Shown here: positions 1-9,449 of the stretch, piece after piece
How positions within the stretch are numbered: the stretch's first letter is position 1
Layout of the letters: each line of letters opens with the position of its first letter
Assembly (NCBI GenBank): GCA_963774955.1
Contig: CAVZGV010000003.1
Span: 256,771 to 320,770, forward strand
From: Candidatus Falkowbacteria bacterium
GTDB lineage: Bacteria > Patescibacteriota > Patescibacteriia > CAIXNZ01
DNA: 64,000 nt
Reading direction: 5' to 3'
Made by a program: the position numbers and the translations under genes
The notes under the pieces: generated by a model
Told to the model about the DNA's origin: nothing
The model's database searches: none
Seen by the model: only the letters and a program-made list of their open reading frames with translations

Positions 1-1
1 C

Positions 2-112
2 ACAACTAATAGTGACGGCAGTGTGAGTGCTACATCTGTTCAGATTAGACCGGCTACTCCTGATGGCAATTCGGTCACCCCACCAAATTTACCCCCTCCG
101 GCAGGAAATTAA
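2..112 (+). CDS. 3' end of an upstream gene (partial; ends ...VTPPNLPPPAGN*), product unknown
   Basis: Open frame from the window edge to TAA at 110-112, followed by a hairpin and T-run. Only 37 codons are visible, so the product is unknown. Confidence 0.25.
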   Translation, partial: TTNSDGSVSATSVQIRPATPDGNSVTPPNLPPPAGN

Positions 113-134
113 ATTCAAGTATTACCAAAAGTCG

Positions 135-170
135 TCCTCACTTTGGGGGCGACTTTTTAGTTTTTAAAAA
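135..170 (+). terminator. Putative rho-independent terminator of the upstream partial gene
   Basis: Imperfect hairpin AGTCGTCC...GGGGCGACT followed by TTTTTAGTTTTT. Confidence 0.35.
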
Positions 171-178
171 CATACAAT

Positions 179-207
179 AAAAAAAGCCCCGTTCCACTTA
201 ATGGAAC
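179..207 (-). terminator. Putative rho-independent terminator of the 223..1530 minus-strand gene
   Basis: Perfect 6-bp stem GTTCCA/TGGAAC with a 5-nt loop, then GGGGC and a U-run on the minus strand (complement of AAAAAAA at 179-185). Confidence 0.45.
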
Positions 208-222
208 AGAGCTTAGTCTTGG

Positions 223-1530
223 CTATTTTTTATCACCAAGATATTGGTCGTAGGCGGCTTTTAGTTCGCTCAGAGTATTGACTCTTTGCGGCCCGGTTTG
301 CCTGATCAGTAAATCTTTGAGAAAATCGGTCAAAAAATCCTTGATTTTGTCAATGAAGGTCGCAGCCTGTTTGCCGAAATCATTATTTTCCTGAATGTTC
401 ATTTGCGAAGTGAAAAAGCTAACAACCACTTCGGCTTCCTGGCTGAAGGGATAATCCAGCATCAAGGAGTGAGAGCCGTTAAGTATACTGCTGATTTCCT
501 GGGTAATCAGGTTAATGATCGCGGGTATTGTCTCTTTTTCACTTGTCATTTCTTTTTTGAAATGCAAGGTAAAGACAATTAAGACATGGTGAAAAGCTTG
601 GGTTAAAAGCTGATTGTCGTCAGGTACCTCCGGCTCTATAGGTACGACTTCATAATCCAGGAGTTGTTCCTTCGGGAATTCAGGCAGGTCAGGATCAGGC
701 TGTTTCGAAGTTTGAGAAAGTTTCAACCGGTCTTGGAGCCTCTGGTTCTCCTCCCGGACTATATCCAGCTTGGCTCTCAGTTCGGTCAGTTGTGCCTGCA
801 AAGGTTCAATCTGCTGCTGAGATTTTTTAGCCGCAGATATTGCCTCTCTACGGAGTTTCTCATTTTGTTGCTGCAGCCCAGCAATATCCTTAACCATTTT
901 TTCAACCGGAATTTGAGGCAGTTCTTCCAACTCGGAAAGGATAATTTCCGGAAGATCGGCATTTTGTTTCGCCATTTTTTTGTATTCTTCCAGTTGCCTA
1001 TGGGTTTGAAGCAAGAGTGCTTCCCGGTTTCGGTCAGTGGCCATCAGCTCTTTTTCCGTTTGCCTTAATTGTTCACGGACAATTTCGCACTGGGTAGTCA
1101 TCTGCTGCAAGATTATCTTTTGTTCAGCTTGTAAGGTTCTGATCTCCTGCTTATGAGCTTGTTCCATCTCGTCGATTTGCGTTTGAAGTTGTTGAACTAC
1201 GCTATTCGGCGTAATGGTAGTCTGATCAGCTGTTTGGCACCTGCGTTCAATATGGGAGTGAGCAAAGTAGGGAATGCCGTCAATGGTCAGAATATCAGCT
1301 GATTCTGCCTTATCATTTGCTTCCCCAACTAATTGTAGGGTCGGCAATTTACTCAATTCATCCAGTTGCGGGATTTTTTCCCTGCTGTTGATATAAAGGG
1401 TATTACCGAGAATGAAGGCATCAGTCCCTTTGGGACCGAAAATCGCGCTTAAGCCAGTTAAATTGTGGCCTTCGATTGTTGCCAGGACGCCAAATGGTCT
1501 CTGGATAATAACTTTTATCTGATCTGTCAT
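223..1530 (-). CDS. Hypothetical protein with a long central coiled-coil and globular N- and C-terminal domains
   Basis: 435-aa ORF. The central ~200 aa are Q/E/L/R/K-rich heptad-like sequence (LQAEQKIILQQMTTQCEIVREQLRQTEKEL...). I recognise no catalytic motif. Confidence 0.5.
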   Translation of the reverse strand: MTDQIKVIIQRPFGVLATIEGHNLTGLSAIFGPKGTDAFILGNTLYINSREKIPQLDELSKLPTLQLVGEANDKAESADILTIDGIPYFAHSHIERRCQTADQTTITPNSVVQQLQTQIDEMEQAHKQEIRTLQAEQKIILQQMTTQCEIVREQLRQTEKELMATDRNREALLLQTHRQLEEYKKMAKQNADLPEIILSELEELPQIPVEKMVKDIAGLQQQNEKLRREAISAAKKSQQQIEPLQAQLTELRAKLDIVREENQRLQDRLKLSQTSKQPDPDLPEFPKEQLLDYEVVPIEPEVPDDNQLLTQAFHHVLIVFTLHFKKEMTSEKETIPAIINLITQEISSILNGSHSLMLDYPFSQEAEVVVSFFTSQMNIQENNDFGKQAATFIDKIKDFLTDFLKDLLIRQTGPQRVNTLSELKAAYDQYLGDKK

Positions 1531-1698
1531 AGAGTTATCCTCCTCTGTTTTTTTGTTAAAGAGCTAATAATACAAAATAACATTTTTAGTGTTATTAGTC
1601 AAGGTTTTTTTGCTGGTCTTCAGGTACCTGCTGTATAACATAAATAAAGATTTATGGAAAGTTTAAATTAAATATAAATCGTTAAATTCTAGATTTTT

Positions 1699-1707
1699 TG
1701 GTATAAT
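1699..1707 (+). promoter_or_regulatory. Extended -10 promoter element (TGgTATAAT) upstream of msrB
   Basis: TGGTATAAT lies ~34 nt upstream of the ATG at 1741. The same TGnTATAAT pattern recurs upstream of many genes in this window. Confidence 0.4.
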
Positions 1708-1740
1708 ATGTTAAGAACTAAGGATTAAGAATTGAGGTTC

Positions 1741-2127
1741 ATGCTAAATAAAAGTGAACAAGAGTGGAGAAAAAAATTAACACCTGAGCAGTATCGGGTT
1801 TTAAGAGAAAAGGGGACTGAGCCGGCTTTTACCGGCGAGTATGTTAATACCAATGAGAAGGGGATGTATGTTTGTGCCGCCTGCGGTAATGAATTATTTT
1901 CCTCTGAGACCAAATTTGACGCTGGTTGCGGCTGGCCCAGTTTTTGGCAGGCGGTTGATAACAAGAAAATTATTTTACAGCCGGATCACAGTCATGGCAT
2001 GAATCGCACTGAAGCTGTCTGTGCCCGCTGCGGTGGTCACCTGGGGCATGTTTTTGATGACGGCCCCCAGCCGACCGGTAAAAGATTTTGTATTAATTCA
2101 GTCAGTTTAAATTTCAAAAAACAGTAA
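1741..2127 (+). CDS. msrB: Peptide-methionine (R)-S-oxide reductase MsrB (SelR domain)
   Basis: Two CxxC pairs (CAACGNELF...[12 protein letters not shown]) and a conserved GWPSF-like motif. GAGG lies 4 nt upstream of the ATG at 1741. The track ORF begins at an in-frame TTG at 1732. Confidence 0.9.
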   Translation: MLNKSEQEWRKKLTPEQYRVLREKGTEPAFTGEYVNTNEKGMYVCAACGNELFSSETKFDAGCGWPSFWQAVDNKKIILQPDHSHGMNRTEAVCARCGGHLGHVFDDGPQPTGKRFCINSVSLNFKKQ

Positions 2128-2207
2128 TTTCTGTAACATTTTGGCTAATTAGCCGTCTTTTATAGTATCTGCCTTCCTGCTAATCGGGGAGGCGGTTAAT
2201 TATATTC

Positions 2208-3962
2208 ATGAAAGATTTCACAAAAAAAACACTGCTAACCTACTGGCATTACAGTTGGCATTACAAAATTACGACCATCTTAACGGTGGGCGGTATTTTT
2301 TGCGCTTCAATTTTACAGCTGATTGAACCGTTATATTTTAAAAAATTCTTTGATTTATTGGTCCAGGGCAATGGTTCTGATATAACTAGTCAGTTAATAG
2401 GCATTTTAGTAATTATTGGCTGTCTGTCAGCCGCATCCTGGCTGAGTTGGCGCACCATGGGATTTTCTATTGTTTATTTAACGTCCAGAACCATGGCTGA
2501 TTTATCCAATTTATGCTTTGCTAAACTGCATTTGCATTCTTTTTCGTATTTTAATAATAATTTTGTCGGTACTTTGGTGAAAAGGGTTCAGTGGTTTGTT
2601 AAAGCCTATGAAAATGTTACAGACCGGATCCTTTTTGATTTGACCACTTTGGCTATCAATATTGTTTTTATTGTGACCGTACTTTTTCTGAGAAATTTTT
2701 ACTTGGGCTTAATTATTCTGATCTGGCTGATAATTTTTATGATTGTTAATTATTTTTTCAGTAAGTATAAATATAAATATGATCTGGCCAGAAATGAAGC
2801 CCAATCAGAGTCAACCGGTTATCTGGCTGATACAGTGACTAATAATGCCAATCTGAAATTGTTTAATGCCTATGAACGCGAAAAACAGGGGTTTGCCGCC
2901 AAGCAGGAAAAAGTCCGAAAGTTAATGTCGTTTTCCTGGAATTTAAGTGAGGTCTTTAATGCTATTCAGGGCGCATTCATGATAAGTTTGGAATTGGGTA
3001 TTTTTTATCTGGCGATCAGGTTGTGGCAGCAGAGCTTAATTACTTTAGGGGATTTTGTCCTGATTCAGTCTTATCTGATCAATATTTTTCAGCGTATCTG
3101 GAATTTTGGCCGTACTATTATGAGAATATACGAAGGCTTATCTGATGCTGAAGAAATGACCGTTATTCTAAACACAAAGCCGGAAATTCAGGATGTACTT
3201 AAAGCTAAGAATTTATCAGTTAATAAGGGCGAGATTCAATTTAAGGAAGTTGGTTTTAATTATCACCAGACCAGGGAAGTGCTGAAAAACTTCAATCTGA
3301 CAATTAAACCAGGGGAACGGGTGGCTTTAATCGGACCTTCAGGCGCTGGAAAAACTACAATTGCCAAAATACTTTTACGTATGCATGATTTGTCAGGGGG
3401 CAAGATTTTAATTGACGGTCAAAATATAGCCCAGGTAACCCAGGAGAGTTTATGGGGAAATATCAGTTTGGTGCCCCAGGATCCGATTTTATTCCACCGG
3501 CCTTTGCTGGAAAATATCAGATATGGTCAGCCAAAAGCCAGTAAAAAAGACATAATTGCCGCGGCTACGGCAGCCAATTGCCATGAATTTATTGAAAATT
3601 TACCGCAGGGTTATGAAACATATGTCGGTGAACGAGGCATTAAATTGTCAGGTGGTGAACGCCAGCGCGTGGCTATTGCCCGAGCGATTTTGCACAATGC
3701 ACCGATTTTAATCCTGGACGAAGCGACTTCAAGTTTGGATTCAGAATCTGAAGGCTTGATTCAGGACGCCTTGGATAAATTGATGAAGGATAAAACCGTG
3801 ATTGTCATTGCCCATCGTTTATCAACGATCAGGAAAATGGATCGGATTGTTGTCATTGATCAGGGTAAAATTATGGAAGAGGGAACACATAAGGAGTTAA
3901 TTACCAAGAAAGCTGGTATCTATAAAAAACTGTGGGAATTACAGGCTGGCGGGTTTATTTAA
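2208..3962 (+). CDS. ABC exporter, fused permease and ATPase (MsbA/ABCB-like)
   Basis: N-terminal 6-TM region, then Walker A GPSGAGKTT, ABC signature LSGGERQRVAIARA and Walker B ILILDEATSSLD. Confidence 0.9.
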   Translation: MKDFTKKTLLTYWHYSWHYKITTILTVGGIFCASILQLIEPLYFKKFFDLLVQGNGSDITSQLIGILVIIGCLSAASWLSWRTMGFSIVYLTSRTMADLSNLCFAKLHLHSFSYFNNNFVGTLVKRVQWFVKAYENVTDRILFDLTTLAINIVFIVTVLFLRNFYLGLIILIWLIIFMIVNYFFSKYKYKYDLARNEAQSESTGYLADTVTNNANLKLFNAYEREKQGFAAKQEKVRKLMSFSWNLSEVFNAIQGAFMISLELGIFYLAIRLWQQSLITLGDFVLIQSYLINIFQRIWNFGRTIMRIYEGLSDAEEMTVILNTKPEIQDVLKAKNLSVNKGEIQFKEVGFNYHQTREVLKNFNLTIKPGERVALIGPSGAGKTTIAKILLRMHDLSGGKILIDGQNIAQVTQESLWGNISLVPQDPILFHRPLLENIRYGQPKASKKDIIAAATAANCHEFIENLPQGYETYVGERGIKLSGGERQRVAIARAILHNAPILILDEATSSLDSESEGLIQDALDKLMKDKTVIVIAHRLSTIRKMDRIVVIDQGKIMEEGTHKELITKKAGIYKKLWELQAGGFI

Positions 3963-4040
3963 ATGTTTAGGTTTTAAGTAGACGTATATGAAAAAAGAGC
4001 TCCGCGGTTGCGGGGCTCTTTCGATTTTAATTTTTTGCCA

Positions 4041-4607
4041 TTATCTGGCAAAGGGGTCGATGGTATCCATCTTTTTGGTGCGGAAGGTTTCTTCGGTTGC
4101 TTCCGTGGTGATGGTTTTGCTCAGTTCATCCAGGTTGATTCTGGGGAAGCCGAAAATACCGGCGACCAGGCTGTTGGGGAAAGTCAGCAGGCTTTCCCTG
4201 TACACTCGTATTCTGTCGATTTTGTCCCGCTGTTTGGCCTCGAAACTGTTGTAGCCGGCTTCGATCACGGCTTGCAACTTGAGAAAGACAGCTGAGTCGA
4301 TCGTAGGATTTTGTTCCGTGATCAGGCTGATGGCAGCTTTGGAGCCACCGTCGCCGTAACGGCCGGTCATGGAGGCGTCAATAGCCTTGATAACCATGTC
4401 ACCGTATTTTTCCACGGACAGGCCCTGGGACTTGATGTTGTTGTAGATGCTGGCATGCACGTTTTTCATGTCTTCATGGCTAGCCAGGATGCCCTGTTCC
4501 TGTCTGATCAGGTTATTGTATGAGCCGAGTACGTAGATACCGCAGCCACCGACAACGGCGACCAGACCACAGACGATGACCAATACGAACACTCCAACCG
4601 TTTTCAT
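4041..4607 (-). CDS. lemA: LemA family membrane protein
   Basis: N-terminal TM helix (MKTVGVFVLVIVCGLVAVVGG) followed by a LemA-like domain (NNLIRQEQGILASHEDMKNVHASIYNN...YNSFEAKQRDKIDRIRV). AGGAGG lies 6 nt upstream of the ATG at 4607. The track ORF is extended upstream through the neighbouring gene. Confidence 0.85.
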   Translation of the reverse strand: MKTVGVFVLVIVCGLVAVVGGCGIYVLGSYNNLIRQEQGILASHEDMKNVHASIYNNIKSQGLSVEKYGDMVIKAIDASMTGRYGDGGSKAAISLITEQNPTIDSAVFLKLQAVIEAGYNSFEAKQRDKIDRIRVYRESLLTFPNSLVAGIFGFPRINLDELSKTITTEATEETFRTKKMDTIDPFAR

Positions 4608-4627
4608 TTTCTTCCTCCTAATAGGGG

Positions 4628-5944
4628 TTAATTGCGCCATTTGTTGTTGACAAGGATAAAGGAAGTCAGCCAAGAGGTTGCTCCACCCAAAAGCACGATC
4701 AGAACCTGGCACCACCAGGGCAGGGAAATTTCCGAGACCAGGTATTCCAAGTTAGCCATGGGCAGTCGTTCAAAACCACCTGCGTTCGGCGGTTTGGCGA
4801 TCTGATCCACAATGATATCGCCGACTTCCTGAGGATTGGTCAGGAGCGGCAATTTCATCAGCCGATCGCGCAATTCAATCTTGAAGGCCTCCACTTCGGT
4901 CCAGGCCAGGATATGGACAAAGTTTTTTTCCGGGAAATTGGTAATCCCCAGAATAACCACCACGTCATTTTTCTTGCTGTTGACCCAGGCTTGTTCCAGA
5001 GCATAACCGAATTTGGGATCAGAGGTGTTAACCAGATAGACTATGATGTTAACCTGTTTGTGATGTCCCAGTCTGGTTAAGGCAATATCAAGCTGTTTGT
5101 CCAGTTGATTTACCCAATCCTTGGGGAGCTTAACTCCGGCATCAATGACCCGATTGATTTCAATCGGACCAAATTTGGAGCCATAAACTCTAGGATAAGG
5201 TTTAATCAGGGTTTGGAACCCGGTTTGGCCGCGTCTTTTCCTGATCGAATCAGAGGCGCGTAAGTAATTGACATAGTCGTGTTCGCGGCTGGCCGGGATT
5301 AGTTTCTCAGGCTTATTGTCATAAGCGGCATAAAACATATCGCCGTCACCGACACTGACTTGGTTTGAATGATGTAGGTCTACTTTTTTCTCATTACCAA
5401 AGTGCTGGACATAGGACCGGTAGATATTTCTATCAGTGTCAAAATTACCGGCCGTGGTCTGAACTTTCCATTCGGGGTCATGACGGACATTGTAATATTC
5501 AGTGTGCGAACTGGTGCAGTGTCCATCTTTATCCCGTGCATCGCAAACACTTCTTGATTTTCTTTCAGTCCAGGCTTCATAATATTCAGCCCGGGAAGTG
5601 TAGCCATTCCAGACTTCTGTATCAATCAGTTCGGTTGAAGTCCGGAAAAACAGGGCAAAAAGACCGGTAATAACCACAAAGGATACAAGGATTTGGATCG
5701 GCAGTTCAATCCACATGAATTCTTTGGGGTTGGTAAGTTTTCTAAAAAAGCCGAAAACACCGGCCACAAAGACCATAATCCAAAAGCCGATGTTGTGGGT
5801 AATGACAATTGAAAGTTTGCCACCGGCCTCATAGGCATACCAAATTGAGCCGATAATGCCTCCGATAACTGCCAAGGCAAAAAGACCCAAAATGACCACA
5901 GCCTTGATAGTTTCCCAATCCCAGTTGCTCTGCCTGTATCTCAT
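4628..5944 (-). CDS. Hypothetical polytopic membrane protein with a large extracytoplasmic domain, in an operon with lemA
   Basis: 438 aa with 3-4 N-terminal TM helices, a ~300-aa soluble domain and a C-terminal TM. Its stop is 20 nt upstream of the lemA start. A strong AGGAGG SD sits at 5956-5961. Confidence 0.6.
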   Translation of the reverse strand: MRYRQSNWDWETIKAVVILGLFALAVIGGIIGSIWYAYEAGGKLSIVITHNIGFWIMVFVAGVFGFFRKLTNPKEFMWIELPIQILVSFVVITGLFALFFRTSTELIDTEVWNGYTSRAEYYEAWTERKSRSVCDARDKDGHCTSSHTEYYNVRHDPEWKVQTTAGNFDTDRNIYRSYVQHFGNEKKVDLHHSNQVSVGDGDMFYAAYDNKPEKLIPASREHDYVNYLRASDSIRKRRGQTGFQTLIKPYPRVYGSKFGPIEINRVIDAGVKLPKDWVNQLDKQLDIALTRLGHHKQVNIIVYLVNTSDPKFGYALEQAWVNSKKNDVVVILGITNFPEKNFVHILAWTEVEAFKIELRDRLMKLPLLTNPQEVGDIIVDQIAKPPNAGGFERLPMANLEYLVSEISLPWWCQVLIVLLGGATSWLTSFILVNNKWRN

Positions 5945-6073
5945 TTTTTAAGTATTCCTCCTTATTTGAATTTAATTTTAAAGGACATTATATAATATCA
6001 AATTATGGTCATTATGTCAATGGGGGCGATGGTGTTAAAGTACCCTTGATTTTTTTATGGTTTTATGATATTC

Positions 6074-6082
6074 TGCTATAAT
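6074..6082 (+). promoter_or_regulatory. Extended -10 (TGcTATAAT) promoter; the transcript is probably leaderless
   Basis: TGCTATAAT ends 15 nt before the ATG at 6098. Confidence 0.4.
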
Positions 6083-6097
6083 AATAAAAAGAACCAT

Positions 6098-7303
6098 ATG
6101 ATTAAAGATTATTTCATTCCACATAGCCTAAATAACTACCAGCCGCATATTTTGCATCCTAAGCGTCTGCTTTTTCACGGTACGGCTGCAATATTGATTA
6201 AAGTTTTTGTGCTGGTCTCTCTTTTAGTGTTGCCGGCTTCAGGTTGGTTGACTCCGGATGTCATGACTGAACAAAGCCACGAGATTATTAATCTTACCAA
6301 CCAGTTGCGTCAAGAGTCCGGACTCGAGCCTTTAGTTGAAAATGCCCAATTAAATCAAGCCGCCTACAATAAGGTTCAGGATATGATGATCGGACAATAT
6401 TTTTCACATCTGAGCCCCGCCAATCTCGGTTTGGCAGACTGGTTAAAATTAGCTGACTATCCTTATGCCGTGGCCGGTGAAAATTTGGCCATGGGTTTTT
6501 CATCAGCTAAACAGGTGGTGGCTGCCTGGCAAAAAAGTAAAACTCATAATGCCAATCTGCTCGATCCTGATTTTAAGGAAATCGGAGTGGCTATGGTCAG
6601 CAATATATATAAAAAGCATGATACCACAATGGTAGCTCAATATTTCGGCACACAAAAAGTCAGTCTGGGTTTAAAACCAGCAACGCAGTTAACTCAGTCG
6701 GACTATAATACAACTCCTGATTCTCAAGTACTAGGCGTTAAGATTTTTGATGATAAATCTTTAGGAAGTAATACTTTACCGGTTATTGATCTAACCAAAA
6801 CCAAAATATATTTAAACCAACCTATCGGTCAAGAAGATAAAGTAATTCAGGTCATGGCATTTTTAAGCGCAGATACAGTTTCTGCCGGCGCCAATTTTGG
6901 CAGTTATCATTTAGAATTACAAAAGGATGATCAGGGAAATAACTGGTTTGGTAATCTATTCATCCCGGCTGAAGATGCAGAGGGAATTTTTGATCCGATT
7001 GTATTAGCCAGCCTGACCGCCATGGACGCGACCGGCAATACCACCACCAGTGACATTGACTGGGCAAATATTGAAACGATCAAACCATCTTTGGTCAAAC
7101 AGTACTTGTTTATTAAAAACAGCTCCTCTTGGGGGGTTAGAACTTTAGTCGGAGCCAGTAGAATCTATTTTTCACTTTTATTACTAATCGGCATTATTGT
7201 TTTATGCCTGAATATTTTTATTGAGATACGAAAACAGTGCGCTCATATAATTACTTCGTCCCTGGCTTTAATCGGGTTATTAATAATTTTAATAATATTT
7301 TAA
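6098..7303 (+). CDS. CAP/SCP/PR-1-like domain protein with N- and C-terminal TM anchors
   Basis: CAP-domain motifs (NQLRQESGLEPLVENAQLNQAAY... HNANLLDPDFKEIGVAMV), an N-terminal TM and a C-terminal hydrophobic stretch. The start is taken at MIKDYF because the -10 box overlaps the upstream in-frame ATG at 6065. Confidence 0.7.
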   Translation: MIKDYFIPHSLNNYQPHILHPKRLLFHGTAAILIKVFVLVSLLVLPASGWLTPDVMTEQSHEIINLTNQLRQESGLEPLVENAQLNQAAYNKVQDMMIGQYFSHLSPANLGLADWLKLADYPYAVAGENLAMGFSSAKQVVAAWQKSKTHNANLLDPDFKEIGVAMVSNIYKKHDTTMVAQYFGTQKVSLGLKPATQLTQSDYNTTPDSQVLGVKIFDDKSLGSNTLPVIDLTKTKIYLNQPIGQEDKVIQVMAFLSADTVSAGANFGSYHLELQKDDQGNNWFGNLFIPAEDAEGIFDPIVLASLTAMDATGNTTTSDIDWANIETIKPSLVKQYLFIKNSSSWGVRTLVGASRIYFSLLLLIGIIVLCLNIFIEIRKQCAHIITSSLALIGLLIILIIF

Positions 7304-7326
7304 TATTTAATTTTAATTTAAAAATT

Positions 7327-9330
7327 ATGTCAAACAAAGGGAAATTAATATCTTTAGGCGCAGTTTTTTTCTTTTTAGCGCTGATGTTTATGCCTCAGGC
7401 CTCAAAAGCTTTTACAGTTTTTCCGACTTCAGCAGCTTGTACCGCTTCTGGCGGAGTTATGGGAGATTTGAATCATGATACGAAAATAAATGATTTGGAT
7501 GTCGCCGTAATTAGTCATATATTTGTTGGTACCGAACCATATACCCCTTGTGGCGATTTTGATAGTGATGGCATTATTGGTCCCGGAGAAATGTCGCAAC
7601 TCAGGACTTTATCCTGGGATATTGACGCCGGCCGAGTAATAGCTCCGACAGCTGAACTTTGGACCAATAGTTTTTATAATCCTTACAGAATCCCGGCTTG
7701 TCAGACAGTATTTGGCGATGTAAACGGTGATTTAAAAGCTGATTATCAGGATGTGTCCATTATTCAGTATATGATTGTGATGAAATTGCCTGCTAGTTTA
7801 TGCGGTGATTCTAATAGTAACGGTATTATCTCACCTGTTGATTATTCAGTTTCTCAAGGAATTAGCCTAGGCCTTTCATATGCTCATTTGGAAAAACCAA
7901 TTATTACCTTGATTGGCTCTAACCAAATTACTTTACAAGTTGGTACCGTCTATACTGAATTGGGAGCTACCGCGAATGATACTCAAGATGGTGATTTGAC
8001 CGCTTCTATTTTAATTGATTCTTCTGCTGTAAATACTGCTGTTGTGGGGACATATGTTGTTACCTATAATGTGACTGATTCCAACGGCAATAACGCTATG
8101 GAACGACTACGACAAGTAAATGTTGTTGATACAACCATTCCAGTCATTACATTATTAGGGGTAAATCCTCAGGCTATTGCCAGAGGACGTGCTTATGTTG
8201 AATTAGGAGCCACAGCTAATGATAATTATGACGGTGATATTACCGCTTCAATTCTTATAGATGCGTCTGCTGTTAATATCAGCGTGGCCGGAACATATAC
8301 TGTGACCTATGATGTTACTGATGCCAACGGCAATCCGGCAACTCAGGTAACCAGAACCGTGAATGTTATTTCAACAGGCTCTGGCAGCGGAGATGTGACT
8401 CCACCGACAAATTTAAGCTTGGTCATTAATGACGACGCTAATATTTCAAATAATATAAATGTAATTTTGACCATTGGAGCTACGGATGCCAGTCAAATGG
8501 TTATAAGTAATGATTCTGAATTTGACGTTGCTCAATGGGAGCCTTTTAGCACCAGTAAAGATTGGCAGTTGACAGAAGGTTCTGGCCGTAAAGTCGTTTA
8601 TGCAAAATTTAGAGATTCCGCAGGTAATGTTTCGGCTACAATTTCGGACGAAATTACCTTAGTACCGGAAGTCGTGCCAGTTGATGAAACAGAAGGCGCC
8701 ATTATTGAAGAAGGCGAAGTTTTGGGCGAAAAAATTGTGGCAGCCGGAACATTAATAAAAAGAGCGGATATTAGCAGTGTATATTTTATAGGCGCTGACG
8801 ATCGCAGGCACGCTTTTCCGAATGAACCTACCTTTTTCAGTTATTATTCTGATTTTTCAGAGGTGTTGACTGTTTCCGCTGAAACTTTGGCAGCCATACC
8901 TATGGGCAGCAATGTAACTATGAATCCGGGCACCTGGCTGGTAAAAATTCAGTCTGAACCCAGCGTTTATGCTGTGGAGCCATCCGGAGTATTGCGCTGG
9001 ATTTCCAGCGAACAAATTGCTTTAAACTTGTATGGCAGCGGCTGGGAGACTAAAATTGTCGATATTGAACCTACCTTTTTCGTTAATTATCAGATCGGTT
9101 CTGAAATAAAGATAGCCAGTTATCCGACCGGCCAATTGATTTCATACCAGGGCAGCGACAAAGTGTATTACGTTGATCAGGGGCAAATAAGACTTGTTGC
9201 CGCTAATGTTTTCCAGAACAATAATTATCAGAGCAAATTTGTTATAAATAACGCATCCACTTTGATGGCTTATGAAAACGGTCTTGATTTGCCGGCTTCC
9301 GGCATGGAAGTGGTGATTGCCTTGAGATAA
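7327..9330 (+). CDS. Secreted multidomain protein with four dockerin/EF-hand-like Ca-binding repeats, two Ig-like (DUF5011-type) domains and a C-terminal domain
   Basis: Signal peptide (MSNKGKLISLGAVFFFLALMFMPQASKA). Four repeats match Dx[ND]xDxxI spacing (GDLNHDTKINDLDVAVI, GDFDSDGIIGPGEM, GDVNGDLKADYQDVSI, GDSNSNGIISPVDY). Two ~75-aa tandem repeats read PxITLxGxNxxxxxxGxxYxELGATANDxxDGDxTASILIDxSAVN...GTYxVTYxVTDxNGN. Confidence 0.7.
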   Translation: MSNKGKLISLGAVFFFLALMFMPQASKAFTVFPTSAACTASGGVMGDLNHDTKINDLDVAVISHIFVGTEPYTPCGDFDSDGIIGPGEMSQLRTLSWDIDAGRVIAPTAELWTNSFYNPYRIPACQTVFGDVNGDLKADYQDVSIIQYMIVMKLPASLCGDSNSNGIISPVDYSVSQGISLGLSYAHLEKPIITLIGSNQITLQVGTVYTELGATANDTQDGDLTASILIDSSAVNTAVVGTYVVTYNVTDSNGNNAMERLRQVNVVDTTIPVITLLGVNPQAIARGRAYVELGATANDNYDGDITASILIDASAVNISVAGTYTVTYDVTDANGNPATQVTRTVNVISTGSGSGDVTPPTNLSLVINDDANISNNINVILTIGATDASQMVISNDSEFDVAQWEPFSTSKDWQLTEGSGRKVVYAKFRDSAGNVSATISDEITLVPEVVPVDETEGAIIEEGEVLGEKIVAAGTLIKRADISSVYFIGADDRRHAFPNEPTFFSYYSDFSEVLTVSAETLAAIPMGSNVTMNPGTWLVKIQSEPSVYAVEPSGVLRWISSEQIALNLYGSGWETKIVDIEPTFFVNYQIGSEIKIASYPTGQLISYQGSDKVYYVDQGQIRLVAANVFQNNNYQSKFVINNASTLMAYENGLDLPASGMEVVIALR

Positions 9331-9352
9331 CTTTACTCTAAAAATAACAAAG

Positions 9353-9380
9353 CTCCCTCACGTACGGGGGAGTTTTTGTT
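9353..9380 (+). terminator. Rho-independent terminator
   Basis: CTCCC-TCACGTACG-GGGGAG hairpin followed by TTTTTGTT. Confidence 0.5.
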
Positions 9381-9449
9381 AATCTCGCCAGATAAGCCTT
9401 TTTTTGCTATAATTAAATTGTAATTATGTAATATGTTTTTTTTGAGTCT

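Noticed and set aside
664-1068. 134-aa plus-strand ORF inside the 223..1530 coiled-coil gene
   Set aside because: It is low-complexity (L/F/R-rich) and sits antisense to a coiled-coil coding region. It is typical shadow translation of Q/E/L/K repeats.
3988-4523. Three overlapping plus-strand ORFs (88, 95 and 70 aa) opposite lemA
   Set aside because: They lie antisense to a gene with a clear LemA domain and SD. They have no independent signals.
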